A DNA stretch of 32,000 bases from Synechocystis sp. PCC 6803 substr. PCC-P (GTDB lineage Bacteria; Cyanobacteriota; Cyanobacteriia; Cyanobacteriales; Microcystaceae): the NCBI RefSeq assembly GCF_000284455.1, contig NC_017039.1, positions 3,060,001 through 3,092,000 of the forward strand, read 5' to 3'. Made by a program: the position numbers and the translations under genes. Below the pieces are notes generated by a model. The model saw only the letters and a program-made list of their open reading frames with translations, was not told the DNA's origin and did not search any database. Positions 16,666-26,920 of this stretch are shown piece by piece. Every line of letters starts with the position of its first letter. The first letter of the stretch is position 1.

Positions 16666-19038
16666 TCAAATAATATCCTCTCTTTTTTTGAACAGGAAAA
16701 TAACTACGAGGCAAACAAAACCTTGGAGTAATAAAATTTCCCAGTTGACCAAAAGATTATTCCAACTAGGGTCGTAAACTAGGGTGGCTTTAAAAGGAGA
16801 TTCCAATACGGTACCATCGGGAAAAATGACTGGCTCTGGCACTAGACTGTTGATGTCTAATAATGTGCCATAGGCACCGATAGACCAACGGCTGACCATA
16901 AACCAAGAAAGATATTGACTCACACCTTTAATTTGGAACAGTACGCCGGAGAAGATGATTTGGGGCAGTAGCAAAATAGGTAGAGCGGTGTTAGCCTGGG
17001 TTTCACTTTTGACCAAGGTAGATACCATTAAGCCTAAGCAAATAGAACTGAAAAGGGTGAGATAACTGGTGATAATTAGCCCCAAACCCCAGGGCAATAG
17101 GGGAGGCTGGGGATGGTCGAAGGCAATGAGGATAATCACCACCATAGCAAGGGTTTGCAAAAGCGCTAATCCTGACAATACTGTCACCTTAGAAGCAATA
17201 TAGGCGAACAGGTTAAGATTAACTAATCTTTCTCGGCTGTAAATATCATTTTCTTTGACAATTTCTTGGAGAGAACTGGCGAGACCAACCCAGATGGCGG
17301 CACAGCTAAATACTAATAGTACGGTCTGAGCTAGGGGCGCAAGTTTGGGATCCGCTTCACTACCCAGAATAAATGGTTCCCTAGTGGCGATCGCCAGATC
17401 GATTAATAAAATGCCAATGGGGGCGGTGGCAATGGAAATACCGATATTGACCGGATCCCTAGCCATAATTTGCCAGTATCTTTGGCACAGAATCCAGGTT
17501 TGGCGCAGGGGAGATACCCTGGGAGGACTAGGTCTAGGGGCGGCAACAGCGGAATTACTCACCCCCAACCGTTGATCAATGTACTGATGTTGATAGCTAG
17601 ACCGGCTATAGCGTTGGGCGGCTTTGATCACTGCTGATTGATTATCCAATTGAATATAAACATCAGCAAAATCACCATTATGGAGGTTAAAAAATTGGCA
17701 AGCATCGCTAAAAGTGCCGAAATAACACAAATTGCCCCCCTGGCCTAAAAACACCAGGCGATCGCATAGGTTAATGTTGCCGGTGGCATGGGTTACCAAC
17801 ACAATAGTTCGTCCCTGATCCGCTAGCTTTCGTAATAATTGCATCATCTTTTTATCTAGACCAGGATCTAAACCCGATGTCGGTTCATCGAGGAAAAATA
17901 ATTTCGGATCCACCAGTAACTCCACGCCGATGGATACCCGTTTGAGTTGGCCGCCGCTTAATTTTTTGACCAGAACATGGCGACGTTCCTGCATTTCAAT
18001 TTGGCCCAAGGTTTTCTCAACAATTTCGTCAATATCCGCATCTTGGGGTAATCTTAATTTAGCCGCATACCGCAAAGCTTCCTCTACGGTTAGGGAACTG
18101 TGGATAATATCTTTTTGGGGCACGTAACCAATTTGATTACGGTAAAGGTTAAAATTATTTCTCAGATCTTCACCGTTCAAATAAACTGTGCCAGACGTAG
18201 TAGGTTCAATACCTAATAAAGTCCGCATAAAAGTCGATTTGCCTGCGCCACTTCCCCCCACTAAAGCTACCAATTGACCTGGTTCAATGGGCAAAGAAAT
18301 TTGGTTAAGGAGTGTAATTTCTTCGCTCTGATTACCTTGAACAGTGCGGACGATATTGCGGGCATCAAGGCGAATATTATCCCCGGTGTCGGCAATGAAT
18401 AATTGATCGTTTTGTAATACCAGGGTGTAGGGAACTATTTTGATGATGGCGGCGGTGTTAATCAGAATTTTACCGTTGACTTTAGTGCCATTAACGTAAA
18501 CACCATTGGTGCTGTAATCGTGTAAAAGATAGGTATTTGGCTCTAAATAATCCAGGACAGCATGTTGGCGGGAAACTGCGGAGGAAAGTAATTGTAAGTT
18601 GGCAGTTTCGTCCCGCCCAATAACCACAGATTTTTGCTTTAAATTGATGGATAATAGCGATGTTAAATTGGTAGGGCTAGAGCCATTGGGAGTAAAATAT
18701 TTAATAGTAATAAGAATATTAATATTTTGTCCAATCTTAATAACATCTCCATTCTGTAATGGGTAGCCAATATCATGGGTGATTAAATGATGATTAATAA
18801 ATAGCTTGTTACTGCTGGGATTGAGGCGATCGCCGTCATAAATAAAGTAATTACCTTGATCTTCTACTAAAGTAGCTTGACAACGACTAATAATGCTCCA
18901 ATCAGTGGGGACTATCAGGTCGGCAAATTGGGAATCTCGACCTAAAATATGTTTACTTTTAGTTAATTCAAAAGGGGGTAAGCTTTGACCTTGATTAGTG
19001 ACAATAATGTATGGTCTATTATTTTGATTCATGACCAT
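16666..19038 (-). CDS. ABC transporter (ABCG/ABC-2 type, fused NBD and permease) with two N-terminal FHA domains
   Basis: 790 aa. FHA1 at aa 29-103 (LGRD, SRCQA, SSNKLFIN). FHA2 at aa 137-202 (IGRD, SRQHA, STNGVYVNG). Walker A GGSGAGKST, signature LSGGQLKR, Walker B LFFLDEPTSGLD. C-terminal multi-TM ABC-2 domain. Confidence 0.9.
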   Translation of the reverse strand: MVMNQNNRPYIIVTNQGQSLPPFELTKSKHILGRDSQFADLIVPTDWSIISRCQATLVEDQGNYFIYDGDRLNPSSNKLFINHHLITHDIGYPLQNGDVIKIGQNINILITIKYFTPNGSSPTNLTSLLSINLKQKSVVIGRDETANLQLLSSAVSRQHAVLDYLEPNTYLLHDYSTNGVYVNGTKVNGKILINTAAIIKIVPYTLVLQNDQLFIADTGDNIRLDARNIVRTVQGNQSEEITLLNQISLPIEPGQLVALVGGSGAGKSTFMRTLLGIEPTTSGTVYLNGEDLRNNFNLYRNQIGYVPQKDIIHSSLTVEEALRYAAKLRLPQDADIDEIVEKTLGQIEMQERRHVLVKKLSGGQLKRVSIGVELLVDPKLFFLDEPTSGLDPGLDKKMMQLLRKLADQGRTIVLVTHATGNINLCDRLVFLGQGGNLCYFGTFSDACQFFNLHNGDFADVYIQLDNQSAVIKAAQRYSRSSYQHQYIDQRLGVSNSAVAAPRPSPPRVSPLRQTWILCQRYWQIMARDPVNIGISIATAPIGILLIDLAIATREPFILGSEADPKLAPLAQTVLLVFSCAAIWVGLASSLQEIVKENDIYSRERLVNLNLFAYIASKVTVLSGLALLQTLAMVVIILIAFDHPQPPLLPWGLGLIITSYLTLFSSICLGLMVSTLVKSETQANTALPILLLPQIIFSGVLFQIKGVSQYLSWFMVSRWSIGAYGTLLDINSLVPEPVIFPDGTVLESPFKATLVYDPSWNNLLVNWEILLLQGFVCLVVIFLFKKREDII

Positions 19039-19091
19039 TTCAAATTATTGAAAAATAAAATATTCATAGTTAAAACTGTAAATTATAGACA

Positions 19092-19961
19092 TCAAATACC
19101 ACTTCGAGCCACCATGAAAATTTGACTTGCTCTTGGTGAAGCAACATAACGCCAATGCCATGGTTCATAACTTACTCCTTGACTATTGTTAGGAGGAAAT
19201 GAAAGTTCAAAACCATACTGATTAGCATTTCTAGCTAACCATTGATAAGCAGATGTATTTTCAAAATTTATTTTTAAATCATTTGCTGGATTAGCACCAT
19301 CTCCTATATCTAAAGCATAGCCAGTGTGGTGTTCACTGTGTCCGGGAGGGGCACTAAACCTTGCCGCTGCTTCTTTACCACCTTTTCTTTTAATTTGATT
19401 TTGAAATAAAGCATCCTGAGAGGCAATAGAACGAAATCCAGAAATAATAGTTAATCTTACTCCTTGAACTTGAGCATCAGCTTGCATCTTTTTAAAAGCA
19501 GTGGCTGCTTCTTGATCTAAAGATTCACTGCGGCCGTAATATTCACCTACTTTTACTAATCTTTGCTGGCTATTTTCAGGGAAAGAATAATGACCTAAAT
19601 TAGTTTTAACCGCAATATTGTTGGGAACTTCTCTTGATCCTTGCTGTTCTGCTAGCGGGGATAATTGTTCATAATCTGGTGGAAGTCCTGGCAATAGGGG
19701 GCTAGTCTGGATTTCGGGGACTTCAGTTATTAATGGTTCGAGATTAGTTGGAGTCGGAGTGGGAACCGGAAGAGAGGAAAGCTCTCTATCTTCAAGGGGG
19801 GGGGGAGATGGAATTTTTTCTTGATTATGAATGCCACTAGTTTCGTTAATAGATAATTGTTTAGCATTAGGTAAGTACCACCAACCATACAACATTCCCA
19901 CTAACAGAGCGGCAACAAAAAAGTTTACCAATTGAAAGTTATTTTTTAAAAATTTTAGCAT
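19092..19961 (-). CDS. VanY-type D-Ala-D-Ala carboxypeptidase (peptidase M15B), membrane-anchored
   Basis: Zn motifs SEHHTGYALD and EPWHWRY, plus SGFRS. N-terminal TM segment FFVAALLVGMLYGWWYL. I prefer the ATG at 19961, which has AAGGAAA just upstream. The track start at 20009 would overlap the kinase gene by 31 nt. Confidence 0.85.
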   Translation of the reverse strand: MLKFLKNNFQLVNFFVAALLVGMLYGWWYLPNAKQLSINETSGIHNQEKIPSPPPLEDRELSSLPVPTPTPTNLEPLITEVPEIQTSPLLPGLPPDYEQLSPLAEQQGSREVPNNIAVKTNLGHYSFPENSQQRLVKVGEYYGRSESLDQEAATAFKKMQADAQVQGVRLTIISGFRSIASQDALFQNQIKRKGGKEAAARFSAPPGHSEHHTGYALDIGDGANPANDLKINFENTSAYQWLARNANQYGFELSFPPNNSQGVSYEPWHWRYVASPRASQIFMVARSGI

Positions 19962-19978
19962 TTTCCTTAGAATCAAGT

Positions 19979-21496
19979 CTAAAAGTTTACTAATTGACTG
20001 GCAATCCACCCCGTTGATCCTGAACCATAGTGATAAACTTTATACCAAACATGGCCACTGGAATCAGTACTACTATCTAAGATGTCTAAACCCTCACCTG
20101 TATAGCCTTGAGTAATAACGCCATAATCTGTTCCCGGACCAGAGCGAATATTTTTAGATCCAGGAATTCCTCCAATAGTTGCGCTAGCACCGCTGGCCAT
20201 AGCCTTTGCCTGATTTGCTAAAACTTGAACTCTCTGTCTTTCTGCGGCTAAACGCTGCCTTTCTTGCTTAGCTCGTTCGGCCTCAGCAGCTAGTCTTTGA
20301 CGTTCTTCTTCTACTCGTTTTTGTTCTAATTCCCTTTGACGTTTTTCATTCTCGGCAATTTTTTGCTCTGCTTCTATTCGTTTTTGCTCTGCTTCCTGTT
20401 TTTCTTTTTCAGCTTGAGCCGCCCTAGCTTCAGCTTCTTTAATTTGTTGAGTAATTATAAACCCACCTCCTAAACCAGCAGTGACCACAATAATCCCAAT
20501 AAGAACAGTTAACAGCGTTGCAATTTTTGATTTTCCATTGTTGTTCGAGTAGTTATTATGAGAGTTACCGACGGGCTTAACAACAGTTTCAGCCGTTTTG
20601 GTGGAACTTCTCGTGACTAAAAATTCATTACTAGGTGCAACTCGAACAGTTTCCATTGGAAGTGCTGGCTCAGCCCCAGAACTAATTAAGGAGTGTAGAG
20701 CCTGATACATTGCTTCGGCACTGGAATAACGACGACTAGGCTCCATTTCTATGGCTTTATTGATTACTTTAGCCAAGACAGAATCGATTTTAGATACATG
20801 ACTTTGCCAGTCTAATTGGCCTGTTTGCTGGTCGCTAGAAAATTCAACTGGCAACTTCTTGGTAAGAGTGTAAATAATAGTCAGTCCTAAAGCATAAAGA
20901 TCGGTGCTGAAAACAGAACGTCCCGAACTTTGTTCAGGAGCCATAAATCCCCTAGTGCCAATAACTACAGAGCTAACAGTAGAACCTGAGCCTAAAGTAA
21001 CAGCCCCCATAGTTTCCTTAACAGCACCAAAATCAATCAGAACGGGTAAGTGATCACTGTCCCGCAAAATAATATTTTCTGGCTTAATATCTCGGTGAAT
21101 AATTCCTTTGCTATGAATGTATTTAAGGGTAGTTAAAAGAGAAGAAAGAATAGTCTTTGCTTGTTCTGAACTAATAGGAGCAATTTCATTTAGGCTAACT
21201 CCTTGAATATACTCTTGGACTAAGTAAAATTCATTATCGTTTGAGAAATAACTATATAATTTGGGAATTTGACTGTTGTGCTCTCCTAAATCTTCTAACA
21301 CTGAAGCTTCTTTTTCAAACAATTTTTGAATTAACTCAGTGGAGGTATTACTGTTTGCATTGGCTGGTTTAAGACGTTTTATTACCACCAGCTTTTGAGA
21401 TGGTATCTGAGTATCTTTGGCTAAAAAAGTATCGCCAAATCCTCCTGAACCAAGGGATTTAACAATTTCATAACGGTCGAGTACTTGGACATTCAT
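19979..21496 (-). CDS. spkD: Hanks-type Ser/Thr protein kinase with TM segment, extracytoplasmic coiled coil and SH3b domain
   Basis: 505 aa. G-loop GSGGFG, VVIK, HRDIKPEN, DFG, APE. TM at aa 325-348. E/K/Q/R coiled coil at aa 351-432. C-terminal SH3_3-like NIRSGPGTDYGVI...GWIASQLV. The symbol comes from remembered synteny (sll0776). Confidence 0.85.
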   Translation of the reverse strand: MNVQVLDRYEIVKSLGSGGFGDTFLAKDTQIPSQKLVVIKRLKPANANSNTSTELIQKLFEKEASVLEDLGEHNSQIPKLYSYFSNDNEFYLVQEYIQGVSLNEIAPISSEQAKTILSSLLTTLKYIHSKGIIHRDIKPENIILRDSDHLPVLIDFGAVKETMGAVTLGSGSTVSSVVIGTRGFMAPEQSSGRSVFSTDLYALGLTIIYTLTKKLPVEFSSDQQTGQLDWQSHVSKIDSVLAKVINKAIEMEPSRRYSSAEAMYQALHSLISSGAEPALPMETVRVAPSNEFLVTRSSTKTAETVVKPVGNSHNNYSNNNGKSKIATLLTVLIGIIVVTAGLGGGFIITQQIKEAEARAAQAEKEKQEAEQKRIEAEQKIAENEKRQRELEQKRVEEERQRLAAEAERAKQERQRLAAERQRVQVLANQAKAMASGASATIGGIPGSKNIRSGPGTDYGVITQGYTGEGLDILDSSTDSSGHVWYKVYHYGSGSTGWIASQLVNF

Positions 21497-21573
21497 GTTG
21501 TTTGTTTATCTAAAATCAAAAAATTGAAATACTTAAATTCAACTTTAATTCAATCAATTGAACTGTAAAAAAC

Positions 21574-21951
21574 TTATCTTTCAACTTCAATATGACAATT
21601 GTAATTCCCATCTTTTTTGGCTTTCCTTCTTAAAATATCAGCCGCCACATTCCAGTTATGCTTAGAAGCAGCGGTATAGGGCATACCACCACAATAACCA
21701 CCGACAAAGTACCAGTCATCTTTTTCTGCTGTAGAAACAGAACAACTTCCGCCACCATTACCTCGACAGTTACGGATTGCGGCCTGTCTTGCCTTTTCCA
21801 TAGTTGAGTAACCAGTGGCCCAACCCCAACCCCTTACTCCCTGGGCGATGGCCGAGTAGCCAGCCAAAGCAGGGGAAGCCGCCAAGCAGGTGCTCAATAG
21901 GGACAGACCAGAAATAGAAAGGACGTTTTTGGGACTGAAGATAATTTTCAT
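21574..21951 (-). CDS. Secreted Cys-containing DUF4189-like protein
   Basis: 125 aa. Signal peptide ending ASPALA. Contains GWGWATGYSTMEKARQAAIRNCRG...GSCSV...GGYCGG, resembling DUF4189. Confidence 0.6.
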   Translation of the reverse strand: MKIIFSPKNVLSISGLSLLSTCLAASPALAGYSAIAQGVRGWGWATGYSTMEKARQAAIRNCRGNGGGSCSVSTAEKDDWYFVGGYCGGMPYTAASKHNWNVAADILRRKAKKDGNYNCHIEVER

Positions 21952-22248
21952 AGCCGTATCGTTGCCTCATACAGACAAACTTATAGGAATATTACCCTAG
22001 TTTTACGAAAAGGATCTCATTCCGTCAGGACTCTTTTATTAACTTTCGTTAAAGCCGTTTTCCTTAGGCGATCGCCATGGAGCAAAGGGAAAAACGGAAG
22101 AAAATTTATCTGGATTTTGGTAGTACTGTTAAAGTTAATTTCACCAAAATTAGTCAATGGGATAGCATAGTCAGTGCGACAATTCTGTGCTCATTTTCCC
22201 TTGGTCTGTCAAAAGAACCTAATTATCCCGACATATTGGAGTGAACTA

Positions 22249-22413
22249 ATGGATATTGTTAAGATCATTTGTGCGATTCTATTGCCGCCCCTGGGGGTTT
22301 TCCTGCAAGTGGGTATTGGCAAAGACTTTTGGATTAACCTACTGCTGACCATTTTTGGTTTGTATATCCTCGGTCTTGTCCATGCCATTTGGGTCATTGC
22401 CAGGGAACGTTAA
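22249..22413 (+). CDS. Pmp3/YqaE (UPF0057) family small proteolipid
   Basis: 54 aa from the ATG at 22249: MDIVKIICAILLPPLGVFLQVG...LLLTIFGLYILGLVHAIWVI. Two TM helices with the family PPLGV motif. Confidence 0.8.
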   Translation: MDIVKIICAILLPPLGVFLQVGIGKDFWINLLLTIFGLYILGLVHAIWVIARER

Positions 22414-22504
22414 TTAGTATCAATAAAAACATGGCTAGAGGATCAAGTTTGGTCTACTCCAGCCATGTTTAAGCAGAAATTAATTGCCTAAGATAAAAAT
22501 AATC

Positions 22505-25500
22505 ATGACCAAATTTTTTGTGGACCGGGGCGGCACCTTTACCGATATTGTTGCCATTACCAAAGATACAAAATTAGCCCAACATTCCGCTAAAGATAGG
22601 CGATTTAGCGTATTTATCCTACCCACAAAAGAAACGGTAATTTTATTTAAATTATTATCAGAAAATCCGGAACTTTATGACGATGCAGTTATCCATGGCA
22701 TCCGAATTATTTTAGGTTTATCTTCCAACGAACCCATCGCCCCAGAAAAAGTTAGCATGGTTAAAATGGGCACCACCGTAGCCACCAATGCGTTGCTGGA
22801 ACAGAAAGGAGATCCCCTAGTTTTAGTGATGACCCAAGGATTTCGAGACGGGTTGGCGATCGCCTATCAAAATCGGCCGGACATTTTTGCCTTGGAGATT
22901 AAAAAGCCTAGCTTGCTCTATGGCCCGGTCATTGAAGCGATGGAAAGAATTAATGCCCAGGGAGAAATTTTACAACCCCTAGATAAGCATAGGATTCACC
23001 AGGATTTACAACAGGCCTATGACCAAGGAATTCGCAGTGTGGCGATCGCCTTAATGCACAGTTATCTTTATCCTGACCATGAATTAATTATTACTGAAAT
23101 TGCCCAAAACATTGGCTTTACTCAAATTTCCCGTTCCTCTGAAGTTAGCCCCCTAATTAAATACATTTATCGTGGCGACACCACCGTTGTGGATGCCTAT
23201 CTTTCCCCTTTACTGCGGCGTTACGTTGACCAAGTGCAAGGACAATTACCAGGCATAACAGTACAGTTTATGCAGTCCCATGGAGGTCTGGTGGATGGTA
23301 GTCATTTCCAGGGACGGGATAGCATTCTTTCTGGCCCAGCGGGGGGCATTGTCGGCGCTGTCAAAACCTCCCAGCGGGCAGGCTTTCGCAACATTATTAC
23401 CTTTGACATGGGGGGCACTTCCACCGATGTGGCCCATTTTAACGGTACCTATGAACGATTATGGGAGACGGAAATCGCCGGGGTACGTCTGCGGGTACCA
23501 AGCTTAGCCATTCATACAGTGGCGGCAGGGGGCGGTTCCATTTTGCACTTTGACGGGCAAAGATACCAAGTAGGTCCCGATTCTGCGGGGGCTAACCCTG
23601 GGCCAGCTTGTTACCGTCGGGGCGGGCCGTTAACAGTAACCGATGCCAATGTCATGGTGGGACGGGTGCAAAAAAGCTATTTTCCCCCTGTATTTGGCCC
23701 AGAAGGAAATCAGCCCTTAGATATTGATATTGTTCAGGAAAAATTCATCGATTTGGCAAATCAAATAGCTCAATTCACTGCAATTAAACCTATACCAGAG
23801 GAAGTGGCGGATGGCTTTCTGGCGATCGCCGTAGAAAATATGGCCAATGCCATCAAAAAAATCAGTTTACAACGGGGCTACGACTTGGAAAGCTATACCC
23901 TATGCTGCTTTGGCGGGGCAGGGGGTCAGCTAGTTTGTCGATTGGCCGATCGCCTAGGTATTAGTAAGATTTTTCTTCATCCCTACAGCGGTGTCCTTTC
24001 AGCCTATGGCATGGGTTTAGCGGAGCAGCGGGCTTTGCGGGCCATGACCATTGAGCAACCTTTAACAGCGGATAATTTAGAGAGCTTACTAAGCAATTAT
24101 CAAACCCTAGAAACCCAGTTAGCTGAAACTTTTGTTAATAGTTCCAACAGCAATGGTAAAGCAGAAAATTTTAGTAAATCACCGGAAATACGTCGTCAAA
24201 TTGATTTGAAATATCGAGGAACTGACACTAGCTTAAGTCTTGATTTTTGCCCAGATTTAACCAGTTTAATCACTCAATTTACAGAACAACATCAACAACG
24301 CTATGGGTTTAATCAAACAGGCACTCCCCTCACCATTGCTGCTATTAGTTTAGAGTATATTCAACCTCTAGATTTGCCGCCGGAACCCTGTTTAGCTTCA
24401 GTGGTAAAACCGGCCCAAGCTTTAGAAATGGTGGATTTTTATGGCGATCGCCAATGGCATGCCATGCCTGTGTACCAACGTCAGCAGTTAGCTCCACACC
24501 AGGTAATTACCGGGCCAGCAATGATTGCGGAAGAGACTGGTACTATTGTAGTTGATCTCGGTTGGCAAGCCCAGTTGGGCCAAGCATCCCCATGGGAACC
24601 CCAACCTTGCCATTTGGTGTTGGAAAAAATAGTTAATCAAACAAAAGCTGCTCCTGATTCAATTAATAACAAAGAGGAATTGGAAGTTAAGGTAAATACT
24701 GATAGTTATGAAACTATTAGTGGGAATCAAGTCGATCCAGTGCGCCTAGAAATATTCAAAAACCTTTATCAATTTATTGCCGAAGAAATGGGCATTGTGC
24801 TGCAAAACACCGCTAGCTCAGTCAACATTAAAGAACGGCTCGATTTTTCCTGTGCCATTTTCGATGCCAATGGAGACTTGGTAGCCAACGCGCCCCACAT
24901 TCCTGTGCATTTGGGTTCCATGGGGGAAAGTGTCAAAGCTCTTTTGCACGATCGCCATCAGCAATTGCAACCGGGGGATGTGTATCTCTCCAATAATCCC
25001 TACAACGGTGGCACCCATTTACCGGATGTGACAGTGATAACGCCCCTGTTTGACTCTGCGGGTAAGGAAATTTTGTTTTATGTTGCTTCCCGGGGCCACC
25101 AAGCAGATTTGGGCGGCATTACCCCCGGCTCCATGCCTCCCCACAGTCAAAATATTAACCAAGAAGGTATTTTATTTGACAATGAGTTGTTAGTTAAAGC
25201 AGGGGAATTACAAACGCAAGCAATTCGTAATCATTTGCTTAATAACATTTATCCAGCTCGCAATCCCGAACAAAATTTAGCTGACTTTTCTGCTCAAATT
25301 GCCGCCAATCAACGGGGCATAATGGGTTTAGAAAGTATGGTAGCCCAGTATGGTTTAAACACCGTTCAGCAATATATGGCCCATGTGCAAAATAATGCCG
25401 AACAAGCAGTAACCAAGGCGATCGCCAAGCTGAAATCCGGTCAATTTGTCACAGAAATGGATAACGGCATTCGCATTGCGGTAACTATCACCGTTAACGC

Positions 25501-26263
25501 CTCCCAAGGCACCGCCATAATCGATTTTTCCGGCACTTCTCCCCAGGGCGATCATAATTTCAATACCCCCAAAGCGGTGGTACAAGCAGTGGTTTTGTAC
25601 GTTTTCCGCACCCTGGTACAGGACCCCATTCCCCTCAATGCCGGTTGCCTCAAACCGTTAAAAATTATTATTCCCCCCGGTTGCCTCCTCGATCCCCAAT
25701 ATCCCGCCGCCGTGGTGGCCGGTAATGTGGAAACTTCCCAGGCGATCGCCGACACGTTATACGGAGCGTTGGGTTGTTTGGCCGCCAGCCAGGGCACCAT
25801 GAATAACCTCACCTTTGGAGATGGTCAATATCAATACTATGAAACCATTGCAGGAGGCAGTGGCGCTGGCCCTAGTTTTGCTGGTTGTGACGCAGTGCAA
25901 ACCCACATGACTAATTCCCGCCTGACAGATCCAGAAATCTTAGAAAGTCGTTTCCCGGTGTTGTTGGAACAATTCGCCATTCGGCCCCACAGCGGTGGCG
26001 CAGGTAAATTTCCCGGTGGCAACGGCATTGTGCGCCAGTTTAAGTTCCTTCAACCTCTATCAGTAGCTATTTTGGCTAATCGGCGGCGGGTGGCACCCTT
26101 TGGGTTGGCCGGGGGAGAAGCAGGAGCCGTGGGGGAAAATTGGTTACTGCGTCGTTCTGGGGATAAGGTACGGTTAGATAGTTGCGCCCAGGTGGATGTG
26201 GCCCCTGGCGATCGCCTAATAATTAAAACACCGGGGGGCGGAGGTTATGGCCATCGAGATTGA
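22505..26263 (+). CDS. ATP-dependent 5-oxoprolinase-type fused hydantoinase A/B protein
   Basis: About 1250 aa. N-terminus [13 protein letters not shown], then HyuA-type and HyuB-type halves. The ATG at 22505 (MTKFF) is preferred over the track start at 22484. Confidence 0.9.
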   Translation: MTKFFVDRGGTFTDIVAITKDTKLAQHSAKDRRFSVFILPTKETVILFKLLSENPELYDDAVIHGIRIILGLSSNEPIAPEKVSMVKMGTTVATNALLEQKGDPLVLVMTQGFRDGLAIAYQNRPDIFALEIKKPSLLYGPVIEAMERINAQGEILQPLDKHRIHQDLQQAYDQGIRSVAIALMHSYLYPDHELIITEIAQNIGFTQISRSSEVSPLIKYIYRGDTTVVDAYLSPLLRRYVDQVQGQLPGITVQFMQSHGGLVDGSHFQGRDSILSGPAGGIVGAVKTSQRAGFRNIITFDMGGTSTDVAHFNGTYERLWETEIAGVRLRVPSLAIHTVAAGGGSILHFDGQRYQVGPDSAGANPGPACYRRGGPLTVTDANVMVGRVQKSYFPPVFGPEGNQPLDIDIVQEKFIDLANQIAQFTAIKPIPEEVADGFLAIAVENMANAIKKISLQRGYDLESYTLCCFGGAGGQLVCRLADRLGISKIFLHPYSGVLSAYGMGLAEQRALRAMTIEQPLTADNLESLLSNYQTLETQLAETFVNSSNSNGKAENFSKSPEIRRQIDLKYRGTDTSLSLDFCPDLTSLITQFTEQHQQRYGFNQTGTPLTIAAISLEYIQPLDLPPEPCLASVVKPAQALEMVDFYGDRQWHAMPVYQRQQLAPHQVITGPAMIAEETGTIVVDLGWQAQLGQASPWEPQPCHLVLEKIVNQTKAAPDSINNKEELEVKVNTDSYETISGNQVDPVRLEIFKNLYQFIAEEMGIVLQNTASSVNIKERLDFSCAIFDANGDLVANAPHIPVHLGSMGESVKALLHDRHQQLQPGDVYLSNNPYNGGTHLPDVTVITPLFDSAGKEILFYVASRGHQADLGGITPGSMPPHSQNINQEGILFDNELLVKAGELQTQAIRNHLLNNIYPARNPEQNLADFSAQIAANQRGIMGLESMVAQYGLNTVQQYMAHVQNNAEQAVTKAIAKLKSGQFVTEMDNGIRIAVTITVNASQGTAIIDFSGTSPQGDHNFNTPKAVVQAVVLYVFRTLVQDPIPLNAGCLKPLKIIIPPGCLLDPQYPAAVVAGNVETSQAIADTLYGALGCLAASQGTMNNLTFGDGQYQYYETIAGGSGAGPSFAGCDAVQTHMTNSRLTDPEILESRFPVLLEQFAIRPHSGGAGKFPGGNGIVRQFKFLQPLSVAILANRRRVAPFGLAGGEAGAVGENWLLRRSGDKVRLDSCAQVDVAPGDRLIIKTPGGGGYGHRD

Positions 26264-26711
26264 ACGTAAATTCCTGGTTAAAGATGACCGCTGGCGGGAT
26301 TTAGCCCAGGGTTATTTGTACCGTCAAGGTTACATTGCGACCAAGGATTTAACCACGGTTCGAGTCCGTACCATTGGCAATCGGGCCTATCTCACTATTA
26401 AGGGTAAAAATACCGGCATGGCCCGTTTGGAATTTGAGTATGAAATTCCCGCAGTGGATGCTAATCAAATTTTGACTGAACTTTGTTCACCGCCCCTGAT
26501 TGAAAAATATCGTTATTGCCTCGATTACCAAGGAAAAACCTGGGAAGTGGACGAATTTTTGGGGGATAACCAGGGTCTAATTTTGGCGGAAGTAGAATTA
26601 TCCCAAGCTGACGAAAAAATAAGTTTACCCCCCTGGATTGGGAAAGAAGTCACGGATGATGCTCGCTATTACAACGTCAATTTGACTCAACATCCCTACA
26701 AAAATTGGTGA
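26247..26711 (+). CDS. CYTH-domain protein (triphosphate tunnel metalloenzyme / CyaB-like)
   Basis: 154 aa. ExExK signature in IEIERKFLV and a later acidic motif AEVEL. 17-nt overlap with the oxoprolinase stop. Confidence 0.8.
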   Translation: MAIEIERKFLVKDDRWRDLAQGYLYRQGYIATKDLTTVRVRTIGNRAYLTIKGKNTGMARLEFEYEIPAVDANQILTELCSPPLIEKYRYCLDYQGKTWEVDEFLGDNQGLILAEVELSQADEKISLPPWIGKEVTDDARYYNVNLTQHPYKNW

Positions 26712-26920
26712 CAGCTTAAACGATGAACAAACATAAGATTTTTAAGTCTCTTTTTCTTGTTTGAATCCAAAACATAGCCAACCAAATAATTTAAATGATT
26801 TATCAATTTTACCTTTTTTCTTTATTTTATCCTCCCTGCATTGACCAAAAAACGATAGCTTACTGAATATGGCTAGTTATGGAAACTTGTAAACTTTGTA
26901 GATAGAAGGAATGTTGACTC

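Noticed and set aside
20201-20446. Repetitive GAA/CAG/CGT-rich DNA in the kinase gene, considered as a tandem repeat or VNTR
   Set aside because: No exact tandem unit is present. The periodicity reflects a charged coiled coil (E/K/Q/R heptads) with one short near-duplicate, QRLAAE.
22174-22248. 25-codon N-terminal extension of the Pmp3 ORF in the track
   Set aside because: Pmp3/YqaE proteins are about 50-60 aa and start right at the first TM helix. The ATG at 22249 gives the canonical protein.
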